From: Candidatus Binataceae bacterium
GTDB taxonomy: Bacteria; Desulfobacterota; Binatia; Binatales; Binataceae
Reading direction: 5' to 3'
NCBI GenBank assembly: GCA_035531615.1
Contig: DATKSQ010000106.1
Coordinates: 5,389-69,388, forward strand
Length of the DNA: 64,000 bases
Under the pieces are notes generated by a model that was given only the letters and a program-made list of their open reading frames with translations, did not search any database and was not told the origin of the DNA. Numbering within the stretch: position 1 is the first letter of the stretch; each line of letters opens with the position of its first letter. The translations under genes and the position numbers were made by a program. This document shows positions 42,617 through 53,370 of this stretch, piece by piece.

Positions 42617-42805
42617 CGGGCAGGAACCTACACGCAACCGCCCTGACGCCGCAATCCGCTCGCGGCATTTCGCGGGTCACGGGGGCGGCTGCGGGCTTGT
42701 CGCGGAATCCCGATTCGTGGAATAAGATGAGGTTATGTCCCGGGCGTCGATGAGCACGGCGCGGCGCCCGATTCTTCACCAGTCCCGGATGGCCACGGAG
42801 GCTTT

Positions 42806-44506
42806 ATGCACGATCTGATCATTCGCAATGGCACTGTAATCGACGGCTCGGGAATGGCGCGCTTTCGCGCGGACGTGGCTATCAGCGGCGGGCGGATCGC
42901 CGCGATTGGAAAGGTCCGCGAACGCGCCAAGCAGGAAATCGACGCCGACGGCCACGTCGTCACGCCGGGAATTATCGACGGGCACACCCATATGGACGCC
43001 CAGGTGTTCTGGGATCCGATGGGCACCTGCTCGTGCTGGCATGGCGTGACCTCGGTGGTGATGGGCAACTGCGGCTTCTCGCTGGCGCCGTGCGCAGAGA
43101 AGGACAAGCAACTCGTGATGCGCAACCTCGAACGGGCCGAGGATATCGCGCCCGAAGCGATGGAGGCGGGAATCAAGTGGAGCTGGGAAAGCTTTCCCGA
43201 ATACCTGGACGCGGTTGACCGCACCCCCAAGGGAATCAATTACGCCGCCTATATCGGACATTCCGCGCTGCGCACCTATGTGATGGGCGAGCGCGCGTTC
43301 TCGCGCGAGGCCAACGGCGAAGATCTCGATGCGATGCGGCGCGAGCTGCGCGGTGCGATTCGCGCCGGCGCGATGGGCTTCACCACTTCGCGCACCCGCA
43401 ACCATCAGACTCCCGACGGCCATCCTGTAGCGAGCCGAATCGCCAACTGGGACGAGGTCCGGCAGTTGGTCGGCGTGATGGGCGAAGAGCAGGCCGGCAT
43501 CTTCGAGATCGCCGGCGAAAACACCGGCGCCGATCCCGAGCGGGTTAACGATTATCTGGGCCGGCTGAAGTCGCTCGCGGTCGAAACCGGAGTCCCGGTC
43601 ACCTTCGGGATGTTCAGTAGCCGGACCGCGCCCGACTTCTGGCGCCCGTACTTCACGCTGGCCGAGGAAACCGCCGCGGCGGGCGGCAGGATGTTCATCC
43701 AGGTGCATAGCCGGGCGCTCAACGTCGTGCTCTCGTTTGAGACCGCGATGCCGTTTGACCGGATGCCGGTATGGTCCGAGATCCGCAAGCTGCCGCTGTC
43801 CGAGCAGGAAGCCGCGCTGCGCAACCCCGAGATTCGGCGACAGCTCGTCAGGGCGGTCAACGAGTCATCAGGCGGCCGCGCGGTCGGCGCCGAGCCGCGG
43901 CACGCGAACTTCGAGTGGCTGTTCGTGATGGACAAGCCCAACCCGCCGCATCGCTCGATCGCCGATATTGCGCGCGAACTGGGCCAGGATCCGGTCGAGG
44001 TAATTATCGACCTGGCTCTGGAAAAGCATCTCAAGCAGTTCTTCCTCCAGCCGCTTGCGAACGAAAACCAGGCCGACGTGCTCGAGATGATGCGCCATCC
44101 GCGATCCGTAGTTACCTTCTCGGACTCGGGCGCGCATGTCTCGCAGATCATGGACTCGTCTCTGCAAAGCCATGTGCTGAGCTACTGGGTGCGCGATCGG
44201 CAGGCGATGACGCTCGAGGAAGCGATTCGGATGCTGACCTTCGTGCCCGCCTCATACTGGGGGCTGGGTGGACGCGGACTGCTGCGCGAAGGATATGCGG
44301 CGGACGTGATCGTGTTCAACCCGGATACGATTGCGCCGCTGATGCCGGAGCTCGATCACGACCTGCCCGCCAGCGCACGGCGCCTCAAGCAGAAAGCGGG
44401 AGGGCTTTTGGCCACAATCGTCAACGGCGAAACGGTGCTGCGCAATAACCAGCCCACCGGCGCGCTGCCGGGACGGTTGCTGCGCGGGCCGCTGGCGGCG
44501 CGCTAG
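42806..44506 (+). CDS. N-acyl-D-amino-acid deacylase (D-aminoacylase) family amidohydrolase
   Basis: LIIRNGTVIDGSG...DVAISGGRIAAIG...DADGHVVTPGIIDGHTHMD, 566 aa, with the C-terminal ADVIVFNP motif. Confidence 0.85.
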   Translation: MHDLIIRNGTVIDGSGMARFRADVAISGGRIAAIGKVRERAKQEIDADGHVVTPGIIDGHTHMDAQVFWDPMGTCSCWHGVTSVVMGNCGFSLAPCAEKDKQLVMRNLERAEDIAPEAMEAGIKWSWESFPEYLDAVDRTPKGINYAAYIGHSALRTYVMGERAFSREANGEDLDAMRRELRGAIRAGAMGFTTSRTRNHQTPDGHPVASRIANWDEVRQLVGVMGEEQAGIFEIAGENTGADPERVNDYLGRLKSLAVETGVPVTFGMFSSRTAPDFWRPYFTLAEETAAAGGRMFIQVHSRALNVVLSFETAMPFDRMPVWSEIRKLPLSEQEAALRNPEIRRQLVRAVNESSGGRAVGAEPRHANFEWLFVMDKPNPPHRSIADIARELGQDPVEVIIDLALEKHLKQFFLQPLANENQADVLEMMRHPRSVVTFSDSGAHVSQIMDSSLQSHVLSYWVRDRQAMTLEEAIRMLTFVPASYWGLGGRGLLREGYAADVIVFNPDTIAPLMPELDHDLPASARRLKQKAGGLLATIVNGETVLRNNQPTGALPGRLLRGPLAAR

Positions 44507-44532
44507 GGAACCTCTGCACGAGCCCTCCGGGT

Positions 44533-44616
44533 GTCATTCCCGCGCGCGTGCATTGGTGCCACCGGCTTCAGCCGGTGTGTGGCACAGGCTAAAGCCTGTG
44601 CCACGAGGAATCCCGG
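44533..44616. repeat. REP/MITE-like element, family B with nested hairpins
   Basis: gtcattcccgcgcgcgtg ... cgaggaatcccgg termini enclose ccggcttcagccgg and gtggcacaggctaaagcctgtgccac hairpins. Confidence 0.7.
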
Positions 44617-44741
44617 GGCCCTTCGGGCGGCAACCACGGCAGCCGGTCGTGGCCGCCCGGCGAGAAGCCGCGCGCATCGAAATGCGCGCCGCGGTTGAAT
44701 TAAACTCCTGCCATCCGCGTCCAATCGGACAGTAATCGCCG

Positions 44742-45101
44742 ATGTTCCGCGACCGAATAGCACGACACCCGAATCTGCCGCTGGCGATTGCCGCCAGCTT
44801 CGCGGTGCTGACCTTCGTCCAGCTCTTGTGGCCGCTCGGCTCGATCGCGCTCAAGCGGCATCCTGCGGCCGCCAGTTCGCACTCCAGCAGCTATCGCCAC
44901 ACCGTCGAGGACGTCAGCACGTCAAGCGGCCCCGGCGCAGCGACCTATGCGGGCGGCCTTCACCAAATCGAGTATACCGCGGTGCTTACGCGGCTGGCCG
45001 CCTCAAGCCGACGCACGGATTTCATCCCGTCGGCATGGCCGGAACTGGGGCGAGTGCTGGTCCGCAAGATTCCTCGCGCGCCGTCATCGCCCGGCCACTA
45101 A
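44742..45101 (+). CDS. hypothetical membrane-anchored protein
   Basis: ATG start, one TM helix (LPLAIAASFAVLTFVQLLWPLGSI), and G/C-rich third codon positions consistent with host coding DNA. No recognisable domain. Confidence 0.35.
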   Translation: MFRDRIARHPNLPLAIAASFAVLTFVQLLWPLGSIALKRHPAAASSHSSSYRHTVEDVSTSSGPGAATYAGGLHQIEYTAVLTRLAASSRRTDFIPSAWPELGRVLVRKIPRAPSSPGH

Positions 45102-45235
45102 TTCTCCAGTCCCCCGAAAATTAAATTGCGCCGGGCGTGCGGATTACGCCGGCCCGGCTCGACTGTGGCTCGACGCCACCCACTTCCGGTCCGACTCGAA
45201 CCAGCTCCAGCTTGGCGAGCCGAAGGATTAAAGTC

Positions 45236-45820
45236 ATGCACAATCATTCAAAAGCCACCACGCAAGTGTTCCACTCGGGTTCACGTCATGAGCCTTCGAC
45301 GCGCAACGTGTCACACGTCTCGCGGCGAGAATCGCTGCGCTCGATGCTAATCGAGATGCGCGACCAGGAGCTCGCCCGGCTCGAGGAATTGGCGCGCACC
45401 GAGACCCGGACTGACGCGCTGCTGACGGCCGACGACCTCGACAATGCGCGCAGCCAGGAGGATCTGGATCTGCACATCAGCCTGATCGACCTGGCCGAGT
45501 CGCGTTTGAATTCCGCGATGGACGCGATCGAGCGTCTCGAACGCAACCAATTTGGAGTATGCTCGGAGTGCGGAGACGAAATCTCGTTCGAGCGCCTGCG
45601 CGCGGTTCCGATGGCGGCGCGATGCGTCGATTGCCAGCAGAAGTTCGAGCTCTCGACGCAGTCGAGGATGACCCGTAGCCCGAACATGATTTCGGCGCCC
45701 GCGCTGTTCGATGCGTACCAGACGGAAACCCGAAGCGCCGATCTCCCCGAGCAGGACGGGCCCGCTATCCCCGCGCCCGACCGTATGGCGCGGCGCCGCC
45801 GCCATAGCGCGCGGCGATAG
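45236..45820 (+). CDS. DksA/TraR-family C4 zinc-finger protein with N- and C-terminal extensions
   Basis: Trimmed to the ATG at 45236. It has a coiled-coil with a DxxDxA tip (DDLDNA) and the zinc finger CSECGDEISFERLRAVPMAARCVDCQ. Confidence 0.75.
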   Translation: MHNHSKATTQVFHSGSRHEPSTRNVSHVSRRESLRSMLIEMRDQELARLEELARTETRTDALLTADDLDNARSQEDLDLHISLIDLAESRLNSAMDAIERLERNQFGVCSECGDEISFERLRAVPMAARCVDCQQKFELSTQSRMTRSPNMISAPALFDAYQTETRSADLPEQDGPAIPAPDRMARRRRHSARR

Positions 45821-45893
45821 CCACTGCCGTCCGGCGACGGCGCGGGAGCCTGCCGCTGTCGCCGCCGCCGGGCGGCTCCGATAAAATCCGGTT

Positions 45894-46556
45894 ATGGAGA
45901 CCTCAATAAAGGCGAAAACCTGGCTGGCGTTTATCCTTGTTGCGGCTGCCGCAGGATGGGCGGGATGCACCCGTGGAACGGGTCCGGCGGCGCCGCAGAT
46001 GACCGAATCGGCGCCCGCGATGCAGGCCCACGTCCTGCACGACGGAAATGGCGCATCGTCGGCGCCGACCTTCCTCTTGCCCGCCGCCAATCAGGGCTTT
46101 GTCGGCACCTGGGGCGGCCACCTAAGCGTCGATCCCTCGCAGACCAAGCTGGTCGGCGATCCGGTGATGCCCGCCAGTTACTACTTCGGCGTCATGAACG
46201 GCACCATCTATTTGCGCACCGAGGTTTACGGCAACGCCGCGTGGCCGGTGGTCAGATCGAGCGTCAAGCTGCTCGATCCGTCGCGGGTCCGGTTTCAGCT
46301 CGATTCGCTGTGCAGCACGTGCAAGCCGCAGTGCCGCGAAGTCGAGGTAACGACGCTGAAGCTCGCGGGCGACAAGACGCTGGACGTCGAGGTTGACGGG
46401 TACGCCTACTGGCATGGGGACGGACGCACGATGGTGAATTACCACGGCACGCTGCATCCGGCGGACGCCCAGCAGATCGCGGCGATCGACAGCGAGGTCA
46501 AGCGCAACCACGTCCTGCTGACAAAAATCAACGCCAGCCGCGGAACTTCGCAGTAA
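45894..46556 (+). CDS. hypothetical lipoprotein
   Basis: Signal peptide with a lipobox-like WAGC (KTWLAFILVAAAAGWAGCTRG). No recognisable domain. Confidence 0.55.
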   Translation: METSIKAKTWLAFILVAAAAGWAGCTRGTGPAAPQMTESAPAMQAHVLHDGNGASSAPTFLLPAANQGFVGTWGGHLSVDPSQTKLVGDPVMPASYYFGVMNGTIYLRTEVYGNAAWPVVRSSVKLLDPSRVRFQLDSLCSTCKPQCREVEVTTLKLAGDKTLDVEVDGYAYWHGDGRTMVNYHGTLHPADAQQIAAIDSEVKRNHVLLTKINASRGTSQ

Positions 46557-46593
46557 CCGCTCGCGGCAATCACGGCGGTAGCCGCACTCCGCG

Positions 46594-47475
46594 CTAGAGA
46601 GAATCGCCACGCGAGTGGCGGTCGGCGGCGGCGAGCAGATCGCGCAGGAACTCGAGGTGGTCGCCGGGCGGAAGTTCGGCGATCTCGAGGCGTGCGCGCA
46701 GCGTCTCGATAACCTCTGCAACCAGCGCGGCGCGGCGCTCTTCGGGCAGCGTGGCGGCGCGGCGGATGGTCGCGCGGATGAGCTTCAACTCCAGCGCTCC
46801 GAGCCGCGCCAGTTGATCGCGCGTCAGGGCGGCGATCGCGGGCGCCGCCCGGACGCCGATTTCGGGCGCCGCCGGCGGACGGTCGAGCCTGATCACGATA
46901 GTACCCGCGACATGGTCGCCCAGCCGCTCGCCGCTGGGCGAAAGCACCATCGACACCAGCCCTGCCACGTAGTATTCGGGCAGCAGGTCAACGATCCGCA
47001 TCAGATTGCGCACGATCGAGGCGCGCAAATCGATCGGCATCCCGTCGCGCCGCACCACGCGCAATCCGATAATATATTTCCCGAGCGAGCGTCCATTGGT
47101 CAGCATTTCCGAAACGATGAAATATCCGAACTCGACCGCGAAATGCGCGACGATGAAAGCCGCGATGATAAGCCCCTGCACGAGTCCGAACGACGGGCGA
47201 AAGGGACGCCCGGCGTTGGCGTCGCGCGCGGCCTGACGCGAGATATGCGCGACCTGGTGGAAAAAACTATGGAAGAACCGATCGATCCAGCTTCCCCCGG
47301 GCAGCACGATGAGCAGTGCGATCACCAATCCGCCCAGGATCAGCACGATCACTCCGAAATCGATCGCGTACGCCAGAATCCTGAGCCCCGGCCCCGCGAT
47401 CGGCAGGTCCAGACGCACTCCCTCGGGCGAGAACAATCCGTGAACCGCGCCGCCGGAATCTTGCGCCACGCTCAT
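46594..47475 (-). CDS. RDD family membrane protein
   Basis: Trimmed to the ATG at 47475 (MSVAQDSGG...). LRILAYAIDFGVIVL...NGRSLGKYIIGLRVVRRDG is the RDD signature. Confidence 0.75.
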   Translation of the reverse strand: MSVAQDSGGAVHGLFSPEGVRLDLPIAGPGLRILAYAIDFGVIVLILGGLVIALLIVLPGGSWIDRFFHSFFHQVAHISRQAARDANAGRPFRPSFGLVQGLIIAAFIVAHFAVEFGYFIVSEMLTNGRSLGKYIIGLRVVRRDGMPIDLRASIVRNLMRIVDLLPEYYVAGLVSMVLSPSGERLGDHVAGTIVIRLDRPPAAPEIGVRAAPAIAALTRDQLARLGALELKLIRATIRRAATLPEERRAALVAEVIETLRARLEIAELPPGDHLEFLRDLLAAADRHSRGDSL

Positions 47476-47489
47476 CACGAGAGGCGCCC

Positions 47490-48545
47490 GTGATCGGCGC
47501 GCGCGATCGGCAGACGCAAGATCGGATCGCGGCGATCCTCGACCGGGTCGAGCGCCCCGGACGCCGTGCTTCGTTCGATGAGATCCGCGAACTCGCGCAT
47601 CTGTACCGCTTGAGCTCGGCGCGGCTGGCGATCCTGCGCTCGCGCGGGGCCGACCCCGAGGCGGTGCGTTATCTGAACGCATTGTGCGTGCGCGCGTTCA
47701 CGCACATGCGAGTTTCTCCGCCGCGGCCGCGCCGGCTGGGGCGATTCCTGGGCGCGGATTTTCCGGCGACTTTGGCCGCGACCGCCCGGCTCCAGATGCT
47801 GATCGCTGCCCTGCTGCTCGCCGGCGCGATTATCGGCGCGGCGACGGTCACGCGCAATCCGGCCGCGCTCTACGTATGTATTCCCGGCTGGATGTACCCG
47901 GCCGATGAGCTTCAGCAGCTCTCGAGCTCGCGCGCGGTGCGGATGGAATTTCTTAATCATCAGAGCATGACGCTCGGGATCAAATCGATCTTTTCGGCGG
48001 GGCTGTTCATCCACAATACCGAAGTCGGACTGCTCGCGTTCGCGACCGGCATTCTAGCGGGAGTCCCGACGCTTGTCCTGGTGTTTTACAACGGGCTGTC
48101 GCTGGGCGCCTTCGCTTCGATGTTCTCGCACGATGATACCTGGTGGCGTTTCTGGGCTTGGCTGTTGCCGCACGCGATCCCCGAGCTGCTGGCGACGATT
48201 CTATGCGCTTGCGGCGGCTTGCTGCTCGGCAACGCCGTGATCGCTCCCGGACGACAGGGGACAGCCGCCGCGCTGCGCCGCGCCGCGCGACCAGCCCTGC
48301 AGATGGTCGCCGCCGCGATTCCGTTGCTGGTGCTCGCCGCCGCAATCGAGAGTTTTTTGCGCCAGTCGAGTCTGCCGGCTGCCGCGCGTTTTGCCACCGC
48401 CGGCGCGTCGCTCGCGGCGATCGCGGCGTACGTCGCCTATGTGCTGCGGTTCGCGCGGCGGCGGCCCGAAGTTGACTTGGGCTGGCTGCTCAAAGAAGGC
48501 CCGCCTGCCGCACCGCCAGATAGCGGTTCAGCACCGGCGCATTGA
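47490..48545 (+). CDS. stage II sporulation protein M-like (DUF95) membrane protein
   Basis: GTG start preceded by GAGAGG. FIHNTEVGLLAFATGILAGVPTLVLVFYNGLSLG...LLPHAIPELLATILCACGG are typical SpoIIM/DUF95 blocks. Confidence 0.75.
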   Translation: MIGARDRQTQDRIAAILDRVERPGRRASFDEIRELAHLYRLSSARLAILRSRGADPEAVRYLNALCVRAFTHMRVSPPRPRRLGRFLGADFPATLAATARLQMLIAALLLAGAIIGAATVTRNPAALYVCIPGWMYPADELQQLSSSRAVRMEFLNHQSMTLGIKSIFSAGLFIHNTEVGLLAFATGILAGVPTLVLVFYNGLSLGAFASMFSHDDTWWRFWAWLLPHAIPELLATILCACGGLLLGNAVIAPGRQGTAAALRRAARPALQMVAAAIPLLVLAAAIESFLRQSSLPAAARFATAGASLAAIAAYVAYVLRFARRRPEVDLGWLLKEGPPAAPPDSGSAPAH

Positions 48546-49862
48546 TGCGCGCGGGATCGAGATCGAGAGTCTGCGCGCCCAAGCGCGCGATTCGGCCAAG
48601 CGCCGCCTCGCGCTCTGCCACCAAATCCTGCACGGCGAGTTTGCGGTAAAGCCGCTCGAGGCTGATCTCGGGCTCGCGCTCGTCGGCCTCGGCGAGCAAT
48701 CGATCGCGCAGCGCGACCAGCAGCACCACGTGGCGGCGCGCGACCACGGACAGATAGGCTTCGAGCTCGCGCGAGGCGCCACCCTCGACGAAATCGGTCA
48801 GCACCACGACCAGCGCGCGTTTTTTCTGAAAGCGCGCCAGCGCCTCGGCCAGCACGCGATAGTTCGGCTCGAAAGGCTCCGCTTCGAGTCCGAGCGTCGC
48901 CTCGACCAAGGCGGCCGCGGCGCGGCGCCCCGCCTTCGGGCGCACCATCAGGCGCAACTCGCGGTCGAAGGCGACCAGGCCCACGCGGTCCCCAAATTCA
49001 ATGGACGCACGCGCCAGCGCGACCGCGCAATCGAGCGCGTGATCGAGCTTCGAGTCGCCGCCCGAGCGCGCCGCCATCAGGCGGCCGGTGTCCACCGCGA
49101 TCATCACCGTGTGGCGCCGCTCGGTCTGATGCTGGCGAACGATCAGGCGATGACGCCGCGCGCTCGCGTGCCAATCGACATGGCGCGGATCGTCGCCCAC
49201 GGTGTACTCGCGCATCGATTCGAATTCGCTGCCCTCGCCGCGCGCGCGCCGCGGCCGGATTCCCAGCTCATCGCGCAGCGAGCGCTGGCTCAGTGCGCCG
49301 CGATGCGGTTCGGCGGACGCGGGCGGAAAAACCGCGATCGTTCGCGCGGCGGCGATCGTGCCGCGCATCCGCAACAGTCCCATCGGCGAGGACCAGAGCA
49401 AATACACCGGTCCGAGCGGACGTATCCCGCGCCGCCGCGGCGTGATTTCGCGCGCGAGCTCGACGCTTTCACCGTCGGCCAGACGCACCGATTCGATCAT
49501 CAGGTCGCCGCCGAGATCGGACGGCAACTCGTCGAGCACCGCGATCGTCGTCGCGGCGCCGAAGCGCGAAACGCGGTACACAATTCTCGCACTGCGCCCG
49601 TTGACCAGATGCTCGGGCATAATCCGCTCGGCCGCAGGCGCAGCGCCGCCGCGGCTCGCATGCCAATCGGCGACCGTGAACACCGCGAGCGCGCCGATCA
49701 TAACGAGCGCAGGCCCAAGCAGAATCGGAAATGGCGCCACCGCCAGAGCGCAGAGTGCCGCAAGCGCGAGCAATCTGACCAATCGCGGCGCGGCGCGGAT
49801 AACGCGGTGCGCGTCCGGGGGCCGGAGCGTTCGCAGGTCCGCCGATTCCGCGCGCGCCCGCA

Positions 49863-49863
<1 letters not shown>
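48490..49863 (-). CDS. DUF58 (vWA-like) domain protein
   Basis: REYTVGDDPRHVDWHASARRHRLIVRQHQTERRHTVMIAVDTG is the DUF58 signature. The start ATG forms TGATG with the MoxR stop. Confidence 0.85.
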
Positions 49864-50821
<958 letters not shown>

Positions 50822-50825
<4 letters not shown>

Positions 50826-51967
50826 GCCGCGGCTCTCCGGTAGGACTCTATCGCACGGACCGCGGAAATCAGTTCCGCCTGACTGGTGGGAACCGCGCCA
50901 TCGATCAGCCATCGCCGGGTCTCGGCCGGCATCGTGCGGTCGCGCGCCATGCGTTCGATGATTACATCCTGATGCAGGTCGCGGCCCGGCGCGATCTGGC
51001 GGCGCATCCGGCTGAGAAATCCCGCGCGATAGGCGCGCAGCGCGGCGGCGGGATCTCCAGCGCGGGAGTAGAGGACGCCAAGCGACGCGATAAACGACTC
51101 GAGCGAGGGCGCGGGTTGCCCGCCGTGGTCATCGAGTTCGCGCCGCGGCCACGAATGCCGCTCAAGTATCCATGCGAACGCCGCGACGATCGCGATCACG
51201 ATCGGAAGGATCGCGCGCGACCCGAGCAGCATCGCGACGATCGATCCGGGCGGCGCGAGCCCGTGCGACCATTCGTCAAAGCTCGGCGCGCCCAATGCGA
51301 CCGCAAGGTCAACCATTACCAGGCTCGAATCGCCGGCTCCCAGGCCAGCGTTGCGTGCAGGGGCAGCGTCGGCAACCGCGATCATCCGGCCCGAACCGAC
51401 ATTGAGTTCGAGCGCGAACGGCGCACCGGCGGCGCTCAGCAGCACGCGCGCGTGATCATCCGTGGCTTTCGCCGCGGCTTTGAAATGCAGCAGGCCCGGG
51501 ATCGGAAGCTCGCGGGCGCCGCGCGCGATCGGACCCGAAATCGCGCTCGTATCTCCGCCTGCCGTCGTTTCGCGGTCCAGTCCCAGGCGCGGCCAGACGC
51601 TGTCGGAATGGCCGAATACCACCGCGATGCCGCCCGCGCGAATCCAGCGCAGGAGATCGGCGGCCTCGGCGTCGGCACCGCGTTTATCAGGCGCGAGAAA
51701 GCCGGGCCCGATGAACCATCGCGCACGATGCGGCGCGCGGCTATCGGCGCGAGCCGCCGGCGCAAGAGCGGGCGAAAGATACGAACGCTCGGGCGCGAAA
51801 CCCAGGCCGGAAAGGAGATCGAATGCGGCTTTGTATCCGGCCGCGGTCACTCCGAAACTGGTCGCCGATTGCTGGAGCGCGAGGTTGGGCGCGAGCCATA
51901 GATCGACCGCCAGCAGAAGGGCCAACGCCGCCACCGATGCGATTATTCCGGTGCGCGACACGATCAT
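50822..51967 (-). CDS. DUF4350 domain protein
   Basis: Trimmed to the ATG at 51967 (ATGA overlap). It has an N-terminal TM helix, then FGVTAAGYKAAFDLLSGLGF. Family and position (between DUF4129 and MoxR) match the usual cluster layout from memory. Confidence 0.65.
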
Positions 51968-52560
51968 CCCGCGGCGGACACGAGCCGCTCGAAAGCCGCG
52001 CGCCACTCGGCGTAAATGGCAGGGTCATTGTCGCGATCGCCGAACCATCGCCGCTCGGTCTGCTCGACCAGCGTATCGAGCTCGCCGGCGAGATCGCGCT
52101 CGAGCGCCGACTGATGCAGCGCGGCGCGAATCCACCGATTCGCTCGATCCGGGCGCAGCTCGATCACCGACCGCTCGCCGAGCATCCGGAAGCTCGCGAG
52201 CATCAGCCGATGCGCCGCATCAAGGTAGCGGCCCTCGCCCGCCAGCCGTGCGGCCTCGATCGCGAGGTCGGGCGGCGCGGCGCGCGCGGCGCGACGCTCG
52301 CGCGGAGCGGGGGTGTGCATCGCGATCCAGACCGTCCACGCGATATGCGCGAACAGCGCGATCGTCAGCGCGATCGCGCCCGCAAAGATGGCCCAGTAGA
52401 GAATCGGGGCGGTGTCGCGCAGCAGCTCGAGCTTCCTGATCCATCGCTCGAGCCAGCGCGCCCAATCCACCGTCGGCGAGCTCGCGACCGCTGCGTATTC
52501 CGGCCGCGCGAGAATCCGATGGGTCAGCTTCAGGACCGCGGGATCGGAAAGATCACGCAA
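51964..52560 (-). CDS. DUF4129 domain protein
   Basis: A TM helix (ILYWAIFAGAIALTIALFAHIAW), then the C-terminal AARLAGEGRYLDAAHRLMLASFRML...RWFGDR pattern. The start is uncertain, and the TTG at 52560 is proposed. Confidence 0.6.
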   Translation of the reverse strand: MRDLSDPAVLKLTHRILARPEYAAVASSPTVDWARWLERWIRKLELLRDTAPILYWAIFAGAIALTIALFAHIAWTVWIAMHTPAPRERRAARAAPPDLAIEAARLAGEGRYLDAAHRLMLASFRMLGERSVIELRPDRANRWIRAALHQSALERDLAGELDTLVEQTERRWFGDRDNDPAIYAEWRAAFERLVSAAG

Positions 52561-53308
52561 TGGTGGAAGCTCCGGCGGACCCGAGCGGCGCGGTACCGCT
52601 TGCGGCGCGAACCTGCTCGGCCAGAAAGCGCAAGTCGAAATCTTCAACCCGGCAGCGCCGATCAAAGTAGTAAATCACGAGCACCACGGCGGCGTAAGTC
52701 GAGGTGACCGATCGAGTCGCCGCGCCAAGAATCGGCCCAAAGAACGGAATAAAGGACCACACCGCGGCGAGCGCCAGCGTCGGCACTTCGGAGATAAACC
52801 CCGCCGCCAGCATCATGCCGAATGTCGCCCACCACGCGCCGCGCACCAACGCGCGGCTGCGCCGCATCGATTCCATTCCGAAGCGCTGCTCGATAATCAT
52901 CACCGGGCCCGCGAATACCCAGCAATTCATGAGGTAGAATCCGGGGATGATCAGAAGCAGGAATGCTCCGATCAAAAGCAGGTATAGCACCAGGTAGGTG
53001 CCGAGCAGCGGGACCAGAATCGCCAGCGCTCCGCGGTAGGAGCCCTCGATAGTGACCGGTTTGCCCAGGTACACGTTGGCGATCGCGACAGTCAGCGCGG
53101 CCTGCAGCACGGGAGCCGCCAGCAGTATGAAAATCGTGGCGACCGAATTGAAGACGTGGCTCGAGGTCTGCCCGAGCGCCTGCAATACGCCCCACGGCAT
53201 GAACACCACGGCCGCGATTCCGGCCAGCAAAACTATATTGTCGCGCAACACCCGGAATCCGCCGTCCAGGACTTCGCCGAACGACAGGGGATGAATGTCA
53301 TAGGCCAT
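52553..53308 (-). CDS. polytopic membrane protein (first gene of the MoxR cluster)
   Basis: 251 aa. MAYDIHPLSFGEVLDGGFRVLRDN followed by about 6 TM helices. It resembles the membrane-domain proteins commonly preceding DUF4129/DUF4350/MoxR. Confidence 0.6.
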   Translation of the reverse strand: MAYDIHPLSFGEVLDGGFRVLRDNIVLLAGIAAVVFMPWGVLQALGQTSSHVFNSVATIFILLAAPVLQAALTVAIANVYLGKPVTIEGSYRGALAILVPLLGTYLVLYLLLIGAFLLLIIPGFYLMNCWVFAGPVMIIEQRFGMESMRRSRALVRGAWWATFGMMLAAGFISEVPTLALAAVWSFIPFFGPILGAATRSVTSTYAAVVLVIYYFDRRCRVEDFDLRFLAEQVRAASGTAPLGSAGASTIA

Positions 53309-53370
53309 GAGCTATCGAGCTCCGCCGGGCTTGGGCTCTTGGACCGGATCGCGGTTCATTTCATGTCCCG

